Shown in pieces: positions 54,357-63,217 of a DNA stretch of 64,000 nt. The notes beneath the pieces are model-generated. The model had not been told where the DNA came from. It saw only the letters and a list, made by a program, of their open reading frames with translations, and made no database searches. The stretch comes from Deinococcales bacterium (GTDB lineage: Bacteria; Deinococcota; Deinococci; Deinococcales; JAAFIG01). The stretch lies in NCBI GenBank assembly GCA_013298185.1, contig JAAFJQ010000002.1, positions 9,591 to 73,590 of the forward strand, read 5' to 3'. The position numbers were made by a program, and so were the translations under genes. Numbering within the stretch: position 1 is the first letter of the stretch; each line of letters starts with the position of its first letter.

Positions 54357-54782
54357 TTACTCCTTTTCGCAGGTTTGAGCTGTGCCTGAAATGGTTTTTT
54401 CATCACCATTTGAATTAAAACCAGTCGCAGTCATGGTCATGACCGCGCAGCGTCTACGGGTTTCAGAAGTGGTGTCGGTGCTGACGGATTTAGAACCATC
54501 TGGTTCAAGGTCAAAATTGGTATCGAAGCGCTCGAGTTCCTCGAGTTTATTGGTGTCAAAGCGGTACAGGGCTACGCTGGTGGTGACACTGGCAGAGTCC
54601 GAACCTGCCCAAGTGAACAGCACCACTGCGAGGGCTTTATCTCCTGCTTGGCGTATCTCGAGTTTGCTCGAGAGTGTGCCAATACCGCTTAGAGACACGG
54701 TTTTATTGGCGCTGGCGGTGATCTTGATTGGCGTGGTTTTACCGCAACCAAGCAGCAACACAGCGAGCAGTAAGAGTCTCAT
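54357..54782 (-). CDS. Small lipoprotein, unknown function
   Basis: Lipobox MRLLLLAVLLLGC. 141 aa. Confidence 0.5.
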   Translation of the reverse strand: MRLLLLAVLLLGCGKTTPIKITASANKTVSLSGIGTLSSKLEIRQAGDKALAVVLFTWAGSDSASVTTSVALYRFDTNKLEELERFDTNFDLEPDGSKSVSTDTTSETRRRCAVMTMTATGFNSNGDEKTISGTAQTCEKE

Positions 54783-55015
54783 GCCTTTGGTAAGTCCTTG
54801 GCTCGAGGGAAGAGTGGTGCTTGGAACGATGTATCCACTTGTACTTGGCGGTACTGGTCAGCAATCGCGGCAGTGAGCGCGTTTTGAGCCGCTATTTCCT
54901 GCTCGAGGTGCTTGGCAATGGCGACAATATCGGGGTCTACCACTGGGCTTTCCAGTAGCACATTCATTAGGGTCAGGAGCTTTTCGGCTCGGCGAGCAGT
55001 CAGGGGCAGATTCAT
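54779..55015 (-). CDS. Hypothetical 78-aa protein
   Basis: 4-nt overlaps with both neighbours. No motif. Confidence 0.4.
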   Translation of the reverse strand: MNLPLTARRAEKLLTLMNVLLESPVVDPDIVAIAKHLEQEIAAQNALTAAIADQYRQVQVDTSFQAPLFPRAKDLPKA

Positions 55016-55680
55016 TTTGTCTCCTTGATGATTCGCTCCAAATCAGCGCTGGTGATGTTGCAAATACGAATCAGGGTGTACTTCGTTTCGATGACTTTGG
55101 TATTGGCAGTGCGAAGGTCGTTATTGGCTCGAGCCGCATTGTCACGCGCTCTCGAGAGATCGGCGGGTGTGGCAGTGCCAGCTTTGAACCTCGCTTCGAC
55201 TTGCTTAAATTCGGTTGTGGCAGTGTCCACAGCGTCCGCCAGTTCCTCGGCTTTCTGGGCTGCCAGCCACCATTGGATATAGGCGTTCAGGGTGTCAGCT
55301 CGGACTCGAGACTCGGCTTCTTGGAGTTTCGCCTCGAGTTCAGGGACTCGGCTGGGTTCGCTCTTCAGTAAACCCGTAAGGTTGAGGCTGACCGAGACTG
55401 AGAAATTCGGATTGACCTGACCATCTGGGAGTTGAGCTAGGTTTCCGCTCGAGCCTGAAATGGTGACACTGGTGTTGTTCAGGAGTTGATTACCAAAGCC
55501 TTCGGCTTGTTTGGCTGTCTCGAGTTCACGTCTGGCACTTCGGACAGCGCTCGAGCGATCTACGGCAAGGTCAGCTAAGGCTCGGACGATTCTTAGGTCG
55601 CGGTCTGTCAGTCCAAACGACTGAGCAGCGGCACTCGAGACGAGACAGATAAGAGTAAGGGCAAGAGCAAGTATTTTCAT
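55012..55680 (-). CDS. Half-size TolC-like outer-membrane protein (single OEP repeat)
   Basis: Start ATG 55680 (MKILALALTLICLVSSAAAQ signal) behind GGAGG. One OEP-type unit (LRIVRALADLAVDRSSAVRSARRELETAKQ ... TEFKQVEARFKAGTATPADLSRARDNAARANNDL). 222 aa, versus ~450 aa for canonical TolC. Confidence 0.55.
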   Translation of the reverse strand: MKILALALTLICLVSSAAAQSFGLTDRDLRIVRALADLAVDRSSAVRSARRELETAKQAEGFGNQLLNNTSVTISGSSGNLAQLPDGQVNPNFSVSVSLNLTGLLKSEPSRVPELEAKLQEAESRVRADTLNAYIQWWLAAQKAEELADAVDTATTEFKQVEARFKAGTATPADLSRARDNAARANNDLRTANTKVIETKYTLIRICNITSADLERIIKETK

Positions 55681-55685
55681 ATGGT

Positions 55686-56651
55686 TTACCTCCGAAGGAG
55701 TGGGCGTATCACCCATGTAGCAACAGTCACAGCCGCGATAACGATGCCTGACAAGACATAGGCGTTCATGTCACCTTGCGCTCGAGCGATGTACCGCCAT
55801 GCGATGGCAAACATGGCGAACGCCGCGACGATGGGCAGGATGGCGATGCCTTTTTCTTCCCTTGCGCCTGAGTGTTCGGACAAGCTGAGAATGTGCTTGG
55901 CGTTCATCACTTCATCAGGGGATTTATAGGTGACGAGCCGCACGACTTCGCCCGGATTACCTTGGGATAATGCCACGATGCGCTCGGTGTAGGCTTCATC
56001 ATCTCGGGTAATGACACGATTTTGCTGCATGACCAGCTTGGTTAATTCTCGGGTGTCCTTTTGGTTCAGGTTCTCGAGCCTGACTTCCTCGAGCCGTTTC
56101 CAGAAACGCCGTGTGTCCTTTTTGTTCATGGCTTCAGGCAGACACGCCACAACCAAGGTCGCAGCCTCGAGCCACGCGATTAAAAAGGGTTGAATACTCG
56201 GGCTGATACCGCCCACGTCCTCGATAACAAGGGTGATTTTTGGATGGTCTTTTTGGTACTCGAGAAACGCCTCGAGCAGACTCTTGGCTTTTTCGTCGTT
56301 GTTAGGGAATGCTTTGCCCCATTCTTTACGGGCGAAATCAATATCTTTGTACCAATCGGTGCGGGGGATATTACGCAGGATGTTCAATGCCTTTTGGTCA
56401 TGCAGTTGCGTGAAAATTTCACGCAGGGCAGCATTCCACGGGCTGACGCGCTCGAGATGTATAACAGCGCTGCGCTCCTCGAGGAGCGGATAGAGTTTTT
56501 GGAGCAATGCGGACTTACCTGTGCCTGAGTCACCAGTGACAAGCACACTGTTTCCGCGCTCGATGTGATTAAACACGGTTCTGGCATAGCTCGAGCGAGC
56601 TATAAGAACTGTGTCCTCGCGTGCTGCAAACACGGTTGGACCCCCTTTCAC
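55686..56651 (-). CDS. P-loop AAA-type ATPase with two C-terminal transmembrane helices
   Basis: Walker A GDSGTGKS, Walker B LVIEDV. C-terminal GIAILPIVAAFAMFAIAW and VLSGIVIAAVTVATWVI. Confidence 0.65.
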   Translation of the reverse strand: MKGGPTVFAAREDTVLIARSSYARTVFNHIERGNSVLVTGDSGTGKSALLQKLYPLLEERSAVIHLERVSPWNAALREIFTQLHDQKALNILRNIPRTDWYKDIDFARKEWGKAFPNNDEKAKSLLEAFLEYQKDHPKITLVIEDVGGISPSIQPFLIAWLEAATLVVACLPEAMNKKDTRRFWKRLEEVRLENLNQKDTRELTKLVMQQNRVITRDDEAYTERIVALSQGNPGEVVRLVTYKSPDEVMNAKHILSLSEHSGAREEKGIAILPIVAAFAMFAIAWRYIARAQGDMNAYVLSGIVIAAVTVATWVIRPLLRR

Positions 56652-56670
56652 CTGGAAGGGAGTTTAGCAG

Positions 56671-56759
56671 ATTGATAGCAAAATGTCATGCTATATTGAT
56701 AGCATTCTATATTTATATATTTTGTTGTTTTAATTTTGATATAATGCTATAATTATATC
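56671..56759 (+). promoter_or_regulatory. AT-rich divergent control region: two ATTGATAGC boxes, TTTGATATAATG block, TATAAT 7 nt before the parA ATG (leaderless-type)
   Basis: Boxes at 56671-56679 and 56695-56703. TTTGATATAATG at 56735-56746. TATAAT at 56748-56753. No Shine-Dalgarno before ATG 56760. Confidence 0.45.
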
Positions 56760-57395
56760 ATGGCTAAGAAAAAACCCTCCTCTCGAGTCGTAGCATTTGT
56801 CAGCCTTAAAGGTGGTGTCGGTAAAACCACGAGCTGCTGGTTCTTTGCTGGTGTCGCCCTCGAGCTTGGCAAATCTGCAAAAATCATAGATGCCGATAAC
56901 GAGCAAAGCACCCTCGAGTGGGGTGCAATCCTCGACGATAAACCCAATAACTTGAGCTTTATAGCTGCCAATGCCCGTACCCTCGAGAAAGTCGCCCAGC
57001 CAATGCCCAATGAAGTGGTGCTGATTGACTGCCCACCGAATCAGCGTGAAGTCTTAAACGTTGCGGCAGAATTGGCAGATGACATTATCTTATGTGTGCG
57101 CCCAACTGGTGTGGATGCCAACCGCGCCCGATCCACGCTCGAGGTACTGGCGGCGCTGGACGAAAAACGGGTCAAAGCTGGTAAGAAAGCCCTACGGGTG
57201 GCAGTGCTGGTGACGCACTTTCAAGGGAATAAGAAACTCCATAAAGAAGCTTTTGCCGCCTTATCCAATGCCCTGCCAACCTTTGAGACACCGATTCGGT
57301 ACTTGACCATGTACGAAGAAGCCTTTGGGCAGATTCCACGCGGTAAGGCACTCGAGGAGTACAGGCAAGTTTGGAAGGAGTTGGAAGACGCATGA
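56760..57395 (+). CDS. parA: ParA/Soj-family partition ATPase (small, type Ib-like)
   Basis: Deviant Walker A SLKGGVGKTT. 211 aa. Followed by an RHH protein. Confidence 0.85.
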   Translation: MAKKKPSSRVVAFVSLKGGVGKTTSCWFFAGVALELGKSAKIIDADNEQSTLEWGAILDDKPNNLSFIAANARTLEKVAQPMPNEVVLIDCPPNQREVLNVAAELADDIILCVRPTGVDANRARSTLEVLAALDEKRVKAGKKALRVAVLVTHFQGNKKLHKEAFAALSNALPTFETPIRYLTMYEEAFGQIPRGKALEEYRQVWKELEDA

Positions 57396-57610
57396 AAACC
57401 AAGATGAAAAGCATCTCGAGTATCCTAGGCACTGCCACGCAAAAAGCCGTGACCACAAGTGAACCCACCAACCAAGAAGACCAAGTGCAATTATTGCTGC
57501 GGATTCCTGCTTCGTTACACAGTGAAGTCAAAGCAAAAGCGGCTGCACAACGTAAAAGCATGAAGGTTGTGGTTGAGGAACTGCTGGGCAATTGGGTCAA
57601 AGGCTTATAA
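57392..57610 (+). CDS. Ribbon-helix-helix (ParG/CopG-like) protein
   Basis: ATGA overlap with parA. C-terminal VQLLLRIPASLHSEVKAKAAAQRKSMKVVVEELL. Confidence 0.6.
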   Translation: MKTKMKSISSILGTATQKAVTTSEPTNQEDQVQLLLRIPASLHSEVKAKAAAQRKSMKVVVEELLGNWVKGL

Positions 57611-57613
57611 GGC

Positions 57614-58336
57614 ATGGCAAAAATCACCCTTGAAATTCTGGGGCAGCACATTCAAAGCATTGCCAGTGGTTACAGCAAGCAAATTTTAGAATTGGAAGAC
57701 GCGGCGTTTCTTGCTGATGATGTCCAAGCCATTCGGATTCAGCTCGAGCAACTGCAACACCAAATGCGGCTCGAGCAGCTTGAGCCTTTAAGGGTAAAGC
57801 ATCCTGTGCATATTGCTTGGTTCACGATTGATGAATTGCCGAAGCCTTTGATTGGAAGGATTCAAAACGCCATCGAAGTATTGCGCTTGCTGTTGCCACA
57901 ACCTCAAGGACACGCGGGTTTCTACCTTGAAGTGCTGCACCGCCCTGAAATGGTCTGTGAGTACAGGTTCGTGAAACCTGACTTTTCGGAAATTTACCTC
58001 CGAAGCGATGCACCAACCAATGTGATTGTGCATGAGCTTGGACACTGGCTCGAGGCTTCGATACCAGGCGCAGAGAAGGCAGCATTTGCCCACCTTCTGC
58101 CTAGGGTGCAAAATGAAGAGCCGCGACACCTTGGACCTGGATACCATGCGCTCGAGTACACGCAGCCAGACGCATTTATCCACCCCTACACGGGAAAGTG
58201 CAAAGCAGACGGCTCGAGGGTGTACACTGAACTGATTAGCATTGGCTTGGAGTACCTGTACCAAGACCCGATGCTCCTGATTGAACAAGACCCACAAACC
58301 ACTGTTTTTCTTTTCAACCTATTGGAGTCCGTATGA
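57614..58336 (+). CDS. Putative zinc metallopeptidase (HExxH)
   Basis: VIVHELGHWLE is the only motif. 240 aa. Confidence 0.45.
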   Translation: MAKITLEILGQHIQSIASGYSKQILELEDAAFLADDVQAIRIQLEQLQHQMRLEQLEPLRVKHPVHIAWFTIDELPKPLIGRIQNAIEVLRLLLPQPQGHAGFYLEVLHRPEMVCEYRFVKPDFSEIYLRSDAPTNVIVHELGHWLEASIPGAEKAAFAHLLPRVQNEEPRHLGPGYHALEYTQPDAFIHPYTGKCKADGSRVYTELISIGLEYLYQDPMLLIEQDPQTTVFLFNLLESV

Positions 58337-58647
58337 CCCTTTCAAGTACCAACAGCAGCAAACAAACCCAGCGCAACCAGAAACGCCCAAAAGGTGGTGT
58401 TCAGACGCTCGAGCAATTAACCGCCCTTGAATACCAAGGCACTCGAGCCGAGTTAAAGCATGGGGTTTGGCACTCGAGCGACGCGGCGTTTGCCAAGCGA
58501 TTGACCGAGTTGAGTTTAATGATTGGTTACACTGCGGCTGACCCAAATCCAGATGCAACCATTGCTCGAGGGATTGCTGCACGGCTTGGGGCGCGATTGG
58601 TACAAGTTGGGGCTGCTCCGAAACGCTCACCCGATGCAATATATTAA
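58333..58647 (+). CDS. Hypothetical 104-aa protein
   Basis: 4-nt overlap with the upstream gene. No motif. Confidence 0.4.
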   Translation: MTLSSTNSSKQTQRNQKRPKGGVQTLEQLTALEYQGTRAELKHGVWHSSDAAFAKRLTELSLMIGYTAADPNPDATIARGIAARLGARLVQVGAAPKRSPDAIY

Positions 58648-58678
58648 AATATCTTTATATCATTATATATTGATAGCT

Positions 58679-59602
58679 TTATATCGGTTTCATGCTGGTT
58701 ATATCTGGCAGCGCGGTGACCGCTGTTTGCAACCGTGCTTGACTTGCATGAACATAAATCTGTGTCGTGGCGATGCTGGCATGACCCAGAATGTCCTTTA
58801 CCTCGTCTAAGCTCCGTCCATGCTCCATCAGTGCTGAAGCAAAACTATGCCGTAACTTGTGAGCGCTCCTCGAGCCTAGCCCAGCCTCGGCTGCTGCGGT
58901 GCGGATAATTTTGTCGGCACTCTGCACACTCATGCGTTTATTCCTCGAGCGCCCTCGGGTGTTCACCCAGACATACGGGTTGGTTAAATCCCCCTCGAGC
59001 TTGCGATGCCGAATCCATTGGTGCAGCGCGGTTTGAGCGGTTGAAGAAAGCGGCACGATTCTTTCTTTGTTGCCTTTACCAATCACTTTGACCGCCACTG
59101 GCAAACCATCTTGGCGAATAATGCTCGCCCCTTCCTCGAGGGTCATGTTTAAGCACTCCGAAATTCGCAAGCCAGAGCCGTACAAAAACGCGATCAGACT
59201 CCAGTTACGGGTTTTCTCGGCTGACCGACAATACTTTAAGACCGCATCCAGCATTTTTGAAACCTCGAGCGGAGTCATCGATTTGGGGAGGCGCTGCGGC
59301 AGTTTGGGTTTGCTGATTTTCGCGGCTGGATTACCATTGATCAGTCCTTCGGCTGCCAAGAATCCCATGAATGACCGCAAAGCAGCCACCACCCGATGAA
59401 CGCGGTGCGGTGAAGCACCCTCGAGCGAAGCTAAAAAACCCCGAATGTCCAAGGTGCTGACTTCTGACCACTGCCAAGCTGGGGCGTTCTTGGTCATGAA
59501 TTTAGAGAATTGCTCGAGGTCGTTGCTGTATTCGGTGATGGTTCGGGGTTGCCTGCCTTTTTCGGTTTTGAGGAAGGTGCGCCAAGTGTCGAGGTGGTTC
59601 AT
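58679..59602 (-). CDS. Tyrosine site-specific recombinase (XerC/XerD-like)
   Basis: Start ATG 59602 behind AAGGAG. GSGLRISECLN (Arg), HKLRHSFA (H-x-x-R), LGHASIATTQIYVH (His...Tyr). Confidence 0.9.
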   Translation of the reverse strand: MNHLDTWRTFLKTEKGRQPRTITEYSNDLEQFSKFMTKNAPAWQWSEVSTLDIRGFLASLEGASPHRVHRVVAALRSFMGFLAAEGLINGNPAAKISKPKLPQRLPKSMTPLEVSKMLDAVLKYCRSAEKTRNWSLIAFLYGSGLRISECLNMTLEEGASIIRQDGLPVAVKVIGKGNKERIVPLSSTAQTALHQWIRHRKLEGDLTNPYVWVNTRGRSRNKRMSVQSADKIIRTAAAEAGLGSRSAHKLRHSFASALMEHGRSLDEVKDILGHASIATTQIYVHASQARLQTAVTALPDITSMKPI

Positions 59603-59796
59603 GGTTCTCCTTATGAATAGGTTAGACCCAAAGGGATGACGGGGGTCTGGCGGTGTCGTCTGGCTCAAAAGTGATTATACCACAAATAATAGTTTGTACA
59701 ACTGAGTTTAAATGCCCGACCAAGACGGTTTAAGGCTGTCTGAGACGATGAATCGCCACCAAAACGCGCTAGGCGATGGTACAGTCAAAGGCTAGA

Positions 59797-59830
59797 ATTG
59801 GATTACAAATAGTCAGATTGGATTACAAAT
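59797..59830 (+). repeat. Two 14-bp direct repeats ATTGGATTACAAAT spaced 20 bp, overlapping the -35 region of a TTTGATATAATG promoter
   Basis: 59797-59810 and 59817-59830, read directly. TTTGATATAATG at 59840-59851. Confidence 0.8.
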
Positions 59831-59848
59831 TATTGATATTTTGATATA

Positions 59849-60259
59849 ATGATAGCAATACATCAAGCTAGAAAGCTATCGAAAATTGTTCAGAGTTGTA
59901 TATTCTTTGGCATGACCCAGAAAAAGCCTAAAACCCTCTCAAGCCTCGGAATCGAACCACGAATGAAGCAATACAGTGTTTTGGAAGCCCAAGCCCTACT
60001 GGGTTACAAAACTCGAGCTTCGATCTACAAATTAATCGCTGATGGATTCCTCGAGCATATCAACCCACAAAAGCATGTTGCCCGAATTACTGGCTCGAGC
60101 TTGATGGATTATTTAGAGGCAACCAATGCTGGGAAGAAGCCACAAGCCAAGTACACCAAAAAAGATGCTCGAGCAGTAGAAGCGGCTGCACCCGTTAGAG
60201 CCGAGAAAGGCTCGAGTGCGGCTGATAAGTTGCGGGAGTGGATGGGACTGAAGAGGTAA
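59849..60259 (+). CDS. Excisionase/MerR-type HTH DNA-binding protein (true start probably 59912 or 59963)
   Basis: YSVLEAQALLGYKTRASIYKLIADGFLEHI. The first ATG lies inside the TATAAT block. Confidence 0.6.
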   Translation: MIAIHQARKLSKIVQSCIFFGMTQKKPKTLSSLGIEPRMKQYSVLEAQALLGYKTRASIYKLIADGFLEHINPQKHVARITGSSLMDYLEATNAGKKPQAKYTKKDARAVEAAAPVRAEKGSSAADKLREWMGLKR

Positions 60260-60299
60260 GACCCCTCGGGTTTGGCTCGAGCCACCAGTATGGGGCTTA

Positions 60300-60440
60300 C
60301 AGCGAACGGCATTTTAGGTATATTTAGTTTTTTACAGAATATACCTATGTAATTTTTGTCAATAACGTAGTATCTAAATCAGCATTATGTTTTTAGCTAA
60401 TGTCACATTAGGTTAATACGTTCAAATAAAAACGCTCAAG
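60300..60440. other. AT-rich region with 10-bp inverted repeat TAGGTATATT / AATATACCTA; origin-of-replication candidate
   Basis: Arms 60315-60324 and 60338-60347. Flanked by the Rep-candidate gene's 3' end. Confidence 0.3.
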
Positions 60441-60486
60441 AATGGCAAAAGCCGCTCGAGCTGCTCAAGATTTTTGAAACTGATTT

Positions 60487-61806
60487 TTAAGCCATCGAAG
60501 GCTTGCCGAGGTGTAAGTCCTCGGTTATTTTCTCGAGCTTCTGCCAATCCAGCCCATTTAAGAGCTTTCTGGCATAGGCTCCCATGTTACGAACCTTCCC
60601 ACTGCTTGACTGCTGTACCAAAGTGCCAACCAAAGCCTCCATAATCAGCTTTTGGGCATCTATGCCGTGGTACACAATGGCTTTTGCGGCTGTCCATGCC
60701 ACGGCTAACCAACCTTCTACAGAATGATGGTCGTTTAGCGCCTGTGAAATGGCATTTGCTATTCTGTCAACCCAAGCAACACGCCCGCGATAACGGGTCG
60801 GGATGGGTTCTTCGAGTGCGTCATTGACAGCGTTAAGCGATTCAAGGTCACATACATTAACTACGATCTTTTCAATAGAAAATACGGGTAACGATAAATA
60901 GAAGAATTGCTTTATGAGTAAAATGTTCGACATATTGCTTTTGTTCCGCTTTGTATGTGACTTATCACCATGAGAAGCGAAATCAGCCGTGTCCGTGGCA
61001 TTCACTTTCCGAGTTTTAGCCTGCTCGAGCAGCAGCGAAGCGGTACGCCCTGCCTCGATGTCTTTGCCCATGTCTCGCCAGACCCGTTTGAAGTCTGCTC
61101 CTCGAGGGCGTGGGGACTTGCCAAGAGGTAGTGGGGTTGGGTGGGTGGTGTAGATCGTGCCGCCAGTGGCTCGAGCGGCTTCGGAGTCCGCTGCGCCCGA
61201 GCTGGCAATCCAGTAATCTGACACCCAAGCCTCACAGCCAATGAGCCGTTTGAAGAATTCACCTTCGGGCTTGGTTCGGATTAAGCGGTAGGTGTGTTCT
61301 CGAGACCAGCCGCACAAGTAAGCAGCCACGTTAAAGGGCAGCACACCGCACAGGATAGCGTTTGATTTGGCTTTGGTGTTCCACATCAGGGTAACGGTGC
61401 GGAGAAGTACAGCGAGGTCAAAGAGGCATCCTAGTTCTTTGTGGTACTGGCTGTACTGCTCGAGCGCTCGCCCTCGAGCCATTGACCAGGCTTGAGAGAA
61501 TTTGTCCACGTTCATGGTGAGGTCTGGGCGTAGGTCGCGGCGTTCAATGCTAGGGAAGATGGTTAGTTTTTGCTGCACCGCGCTGGTGGGTGTTTCTTCG
61601 TCTGGAAGGTCGGTTCTGAGATTGGCTTTAATGCTCTCGAGGAATTGCGGGTTTATAGCGGGTCTCGCTTGAGGTTGGGGGAAGAGCTGGTTTTGGGCTT
61701 TGAGTTGGGCTTTATAGGCTTGGTCTTTGGCTCGAGCAGCGTTTTGGTGCTGACGCACCTGCTCGAGCATGGCTTGCCATTCGGGGGTGTTGGGGGCAGG
61801 GGTCAT
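60487..61806 (-). CDS. Hypothetical 439-aa protein, plasmid replication-initiator candidate by position only
   Basis: No recognised motif. Contains an odd AT-rich internal patch (about 60840-61000, KSNMSNILLIKQFFYLSLPVFSIEKIVV) that may mark a two-domain junction or an internal site. Confidence 0.35.
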   Translation of the reverse strand: MTPAPNTPEWQAMLEQVRQHQNAARAKDQAYKAQLKAQNQLFPQPQARPAINPQFLESIKANLRTDLPDEETPTSAVQQKLTIFPSIERRDLRPDLTMNVDKFSQAWSMARGRALEQYSQYHKELGCLFDLAVLLRTVTLMWNTKAKSNAILCGVLPFNVAAYLCGWSREHTYRLIRTKPEGEFFKRLIGCEAWVSDYWIASSGAADSEAARATGGTIYTTHPTPLPLGKSPRPRGADFKRVWRDMGKDIEAGRTASLLLEQAKTRKVNATDTADFASHGDKSHTKRNKSNMSNILLIKQFFYLSLPVFSIEKIVVNVCDLESLNAVNDALEEPIPTRYRGRVAWVDRIANAISQALNDHHSVEGWLAVAWTAAKAIVYHGIDAQKLIMEALVGTLVQQSSSGKVRNMGAYARKLLNGLDWQKLEKITEDLHLGKPSMA

Positions 61807-61914
61807 GAGTGACCTTTGCTAGACTTGAGTCTAAATACGAGGGGTTTGGGGGGCGAAAAAGTGTATAGCACGGCGACCTCTTTTCTAGGGAGATGGCTGT
61901 TACCAACGTTTTAC

Positions 61915-62058
61915 TATGTGTTGGTATAGCGATATGACGGCAAGGGAGTCCTCTTTTTGGGGAGGCTTGCTAGATTCGGGGTTTATCGCTACACTCGAAG
62001 CAACTCAGGTTTCGATGTGTAGCGCCCCCCATGCTCAAGTGGGGGGTTTGCGCTTTTT
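61915..62058 (+). ncRNA. Candidate structured small RNA ending in an intrinsic terminator
   Basis: Long-range stem GTATAGCGATA (61924-61934) / TATCGCTACAC (61984-61994, one mismatch). Terminator CCCCCCA-N8-TGGGGGG (62025-62046) with outer GCGC arms, then TTTTT (62054-62058). No credible CDS on this strand. Confidence 0.25.
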
Positions 62059-62209
62059 GCGCGGCTGTGATTCACCTACGGCTGGTTCGCCTTGCTCAGG
62101 GGCGGCGGTTGGGTGGGGTCACTGGGTCAATAATATCTCCTTGATTTGTATTGTAATGGATTTGTCAGGCGAGAAGCCCGAGAAGTGTTCTATAAAAAAG
62201 CTGAAGTGT

Positions 62210-63217
62210 TCAGGTAGAAAATAAGCGCTCGAGTTGGTTTAAAAGGGCTTCGGCTTGTTGGCGTTTTTTGGCGGGTAGGGTGTCTATTTGCTTGGCGATG
62301 GTTTGCACTCGAGGTCTGAGTTTTGGAAAGCTGGGCGGTGGGGCTGGGGTCAGGGCTTTTTGGGCTTGGCTGACCAAGGTCTTGATTTGGGTTAGGGGTA
62401 AGGAGAGTTGCAAGACCCGCTCGAGGAGGTCAGCGCGGGTTTTGGGGTCTTTGATCTTGCTGAGTTCTTTGGCTTTGGTGTACTCGAGTTCGCCTCGTTG
62501 CATGACATCGAGGAGGTCTTGGGGTAGTGAGAGGATGGGTAGGCGATTGGTCACAAAGGATTCCCATGTGATGTGATGCGAGTTTTGAAAAACCTCGAGG
62601 ATTTTTGACTCGATTGGGCTACCCATGATGAAGTGATTTGGATTTACAATAACGTTATTGTAAATTTTGGTCTTGCCTCGGAATTCGTTTTGATAACGAT
62701 TGAGTATCTTGGCTACCACAACCCTAATATCATTGTTTTGCTGACACAAAAGTTTAAACTCTGGTAGTGGCTCGAGTTCAACCGATAAAAGGTCTAACCA
62801 ACCAATGGTTTCTTCATAGTCGTTCAGGTCTTGGCGTTGCAGATTTTCCGATAAACCAATGCGGCGGGCTTCTCGGTTGGTCAGTTGGCGGATGTTAGCT
62901 TTGAGGGTGGGCATACCAGCCACTTGCGCGGCTCGGAGGCGGCGTTCACCGACCACGACCTCGAAACGCCCGTTTTCGGTGGGACGAACCATGATCGCGT
63001 GAATTTGACCATTCTCGAGCATGTCCTGTCCGAGGAGTTTGATTTGTTCGGAGTCAAAGTAACGCCGTGCGTTCCACGGGGCGGGGTCAAGCTGATTGAT
63101 GGGCAGGTCATTGACTGGCTCGAGCGGCGAGAGGCTTTTGAGCGGTTCGGATTGGGCAATGTTATCGCGGTAGGTGTCTATGGCGCTGAAGTCTATGCTG
63201 CGCTTGGGCTTGGTCAT
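62210..63217 (-). CDS. parB: ParB/Spo0J-family partition protein
   Basis: ParB N-terminal domain IHAIMVRPTENGRFEVVVGERRLRAAQVAG. 4-nt overlap with parA. Confidence 0.85.
   Translation of the reverse strand: MTKPKRSIDFSAIDTYRDNIAQSEPLKSLSPLEPVNDLPINQLDPAPWNARRYFDSEQIKLLGQDMLENGQIHAIMVRPTENGRFEVVVGERRLRAAQVAGMPTLKANIRQLTNREARRIGLSENLQRQDLNDYEETIGWLDLLSVELEPLPEFKLLCQQNNDIRVVVAKILNRYQNEFRGKTKIYNNVIVNPNHFIMGSPIESKILEVFQNSHHITWESFVTNRLPILSLPQDLLDVMQRGELEYTKAKELSKIKDPKTRADLLERVLQLSLPLTQIKTLVSQAQKALTPAPPPSFPKLRPRVQTIAKQIDTLPAKKRQQAEALLNQLERLFST

Noticed and set aside
61916-62224. 102-aa plus-strand ORF between the Rep candidate and parB
   Set aside because: It is Gly/Cys/Ser-rich, has no RBS and runs through strong RNA-type secondary structure and a terminator. 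The region is treated as regulatory or RNA instead.
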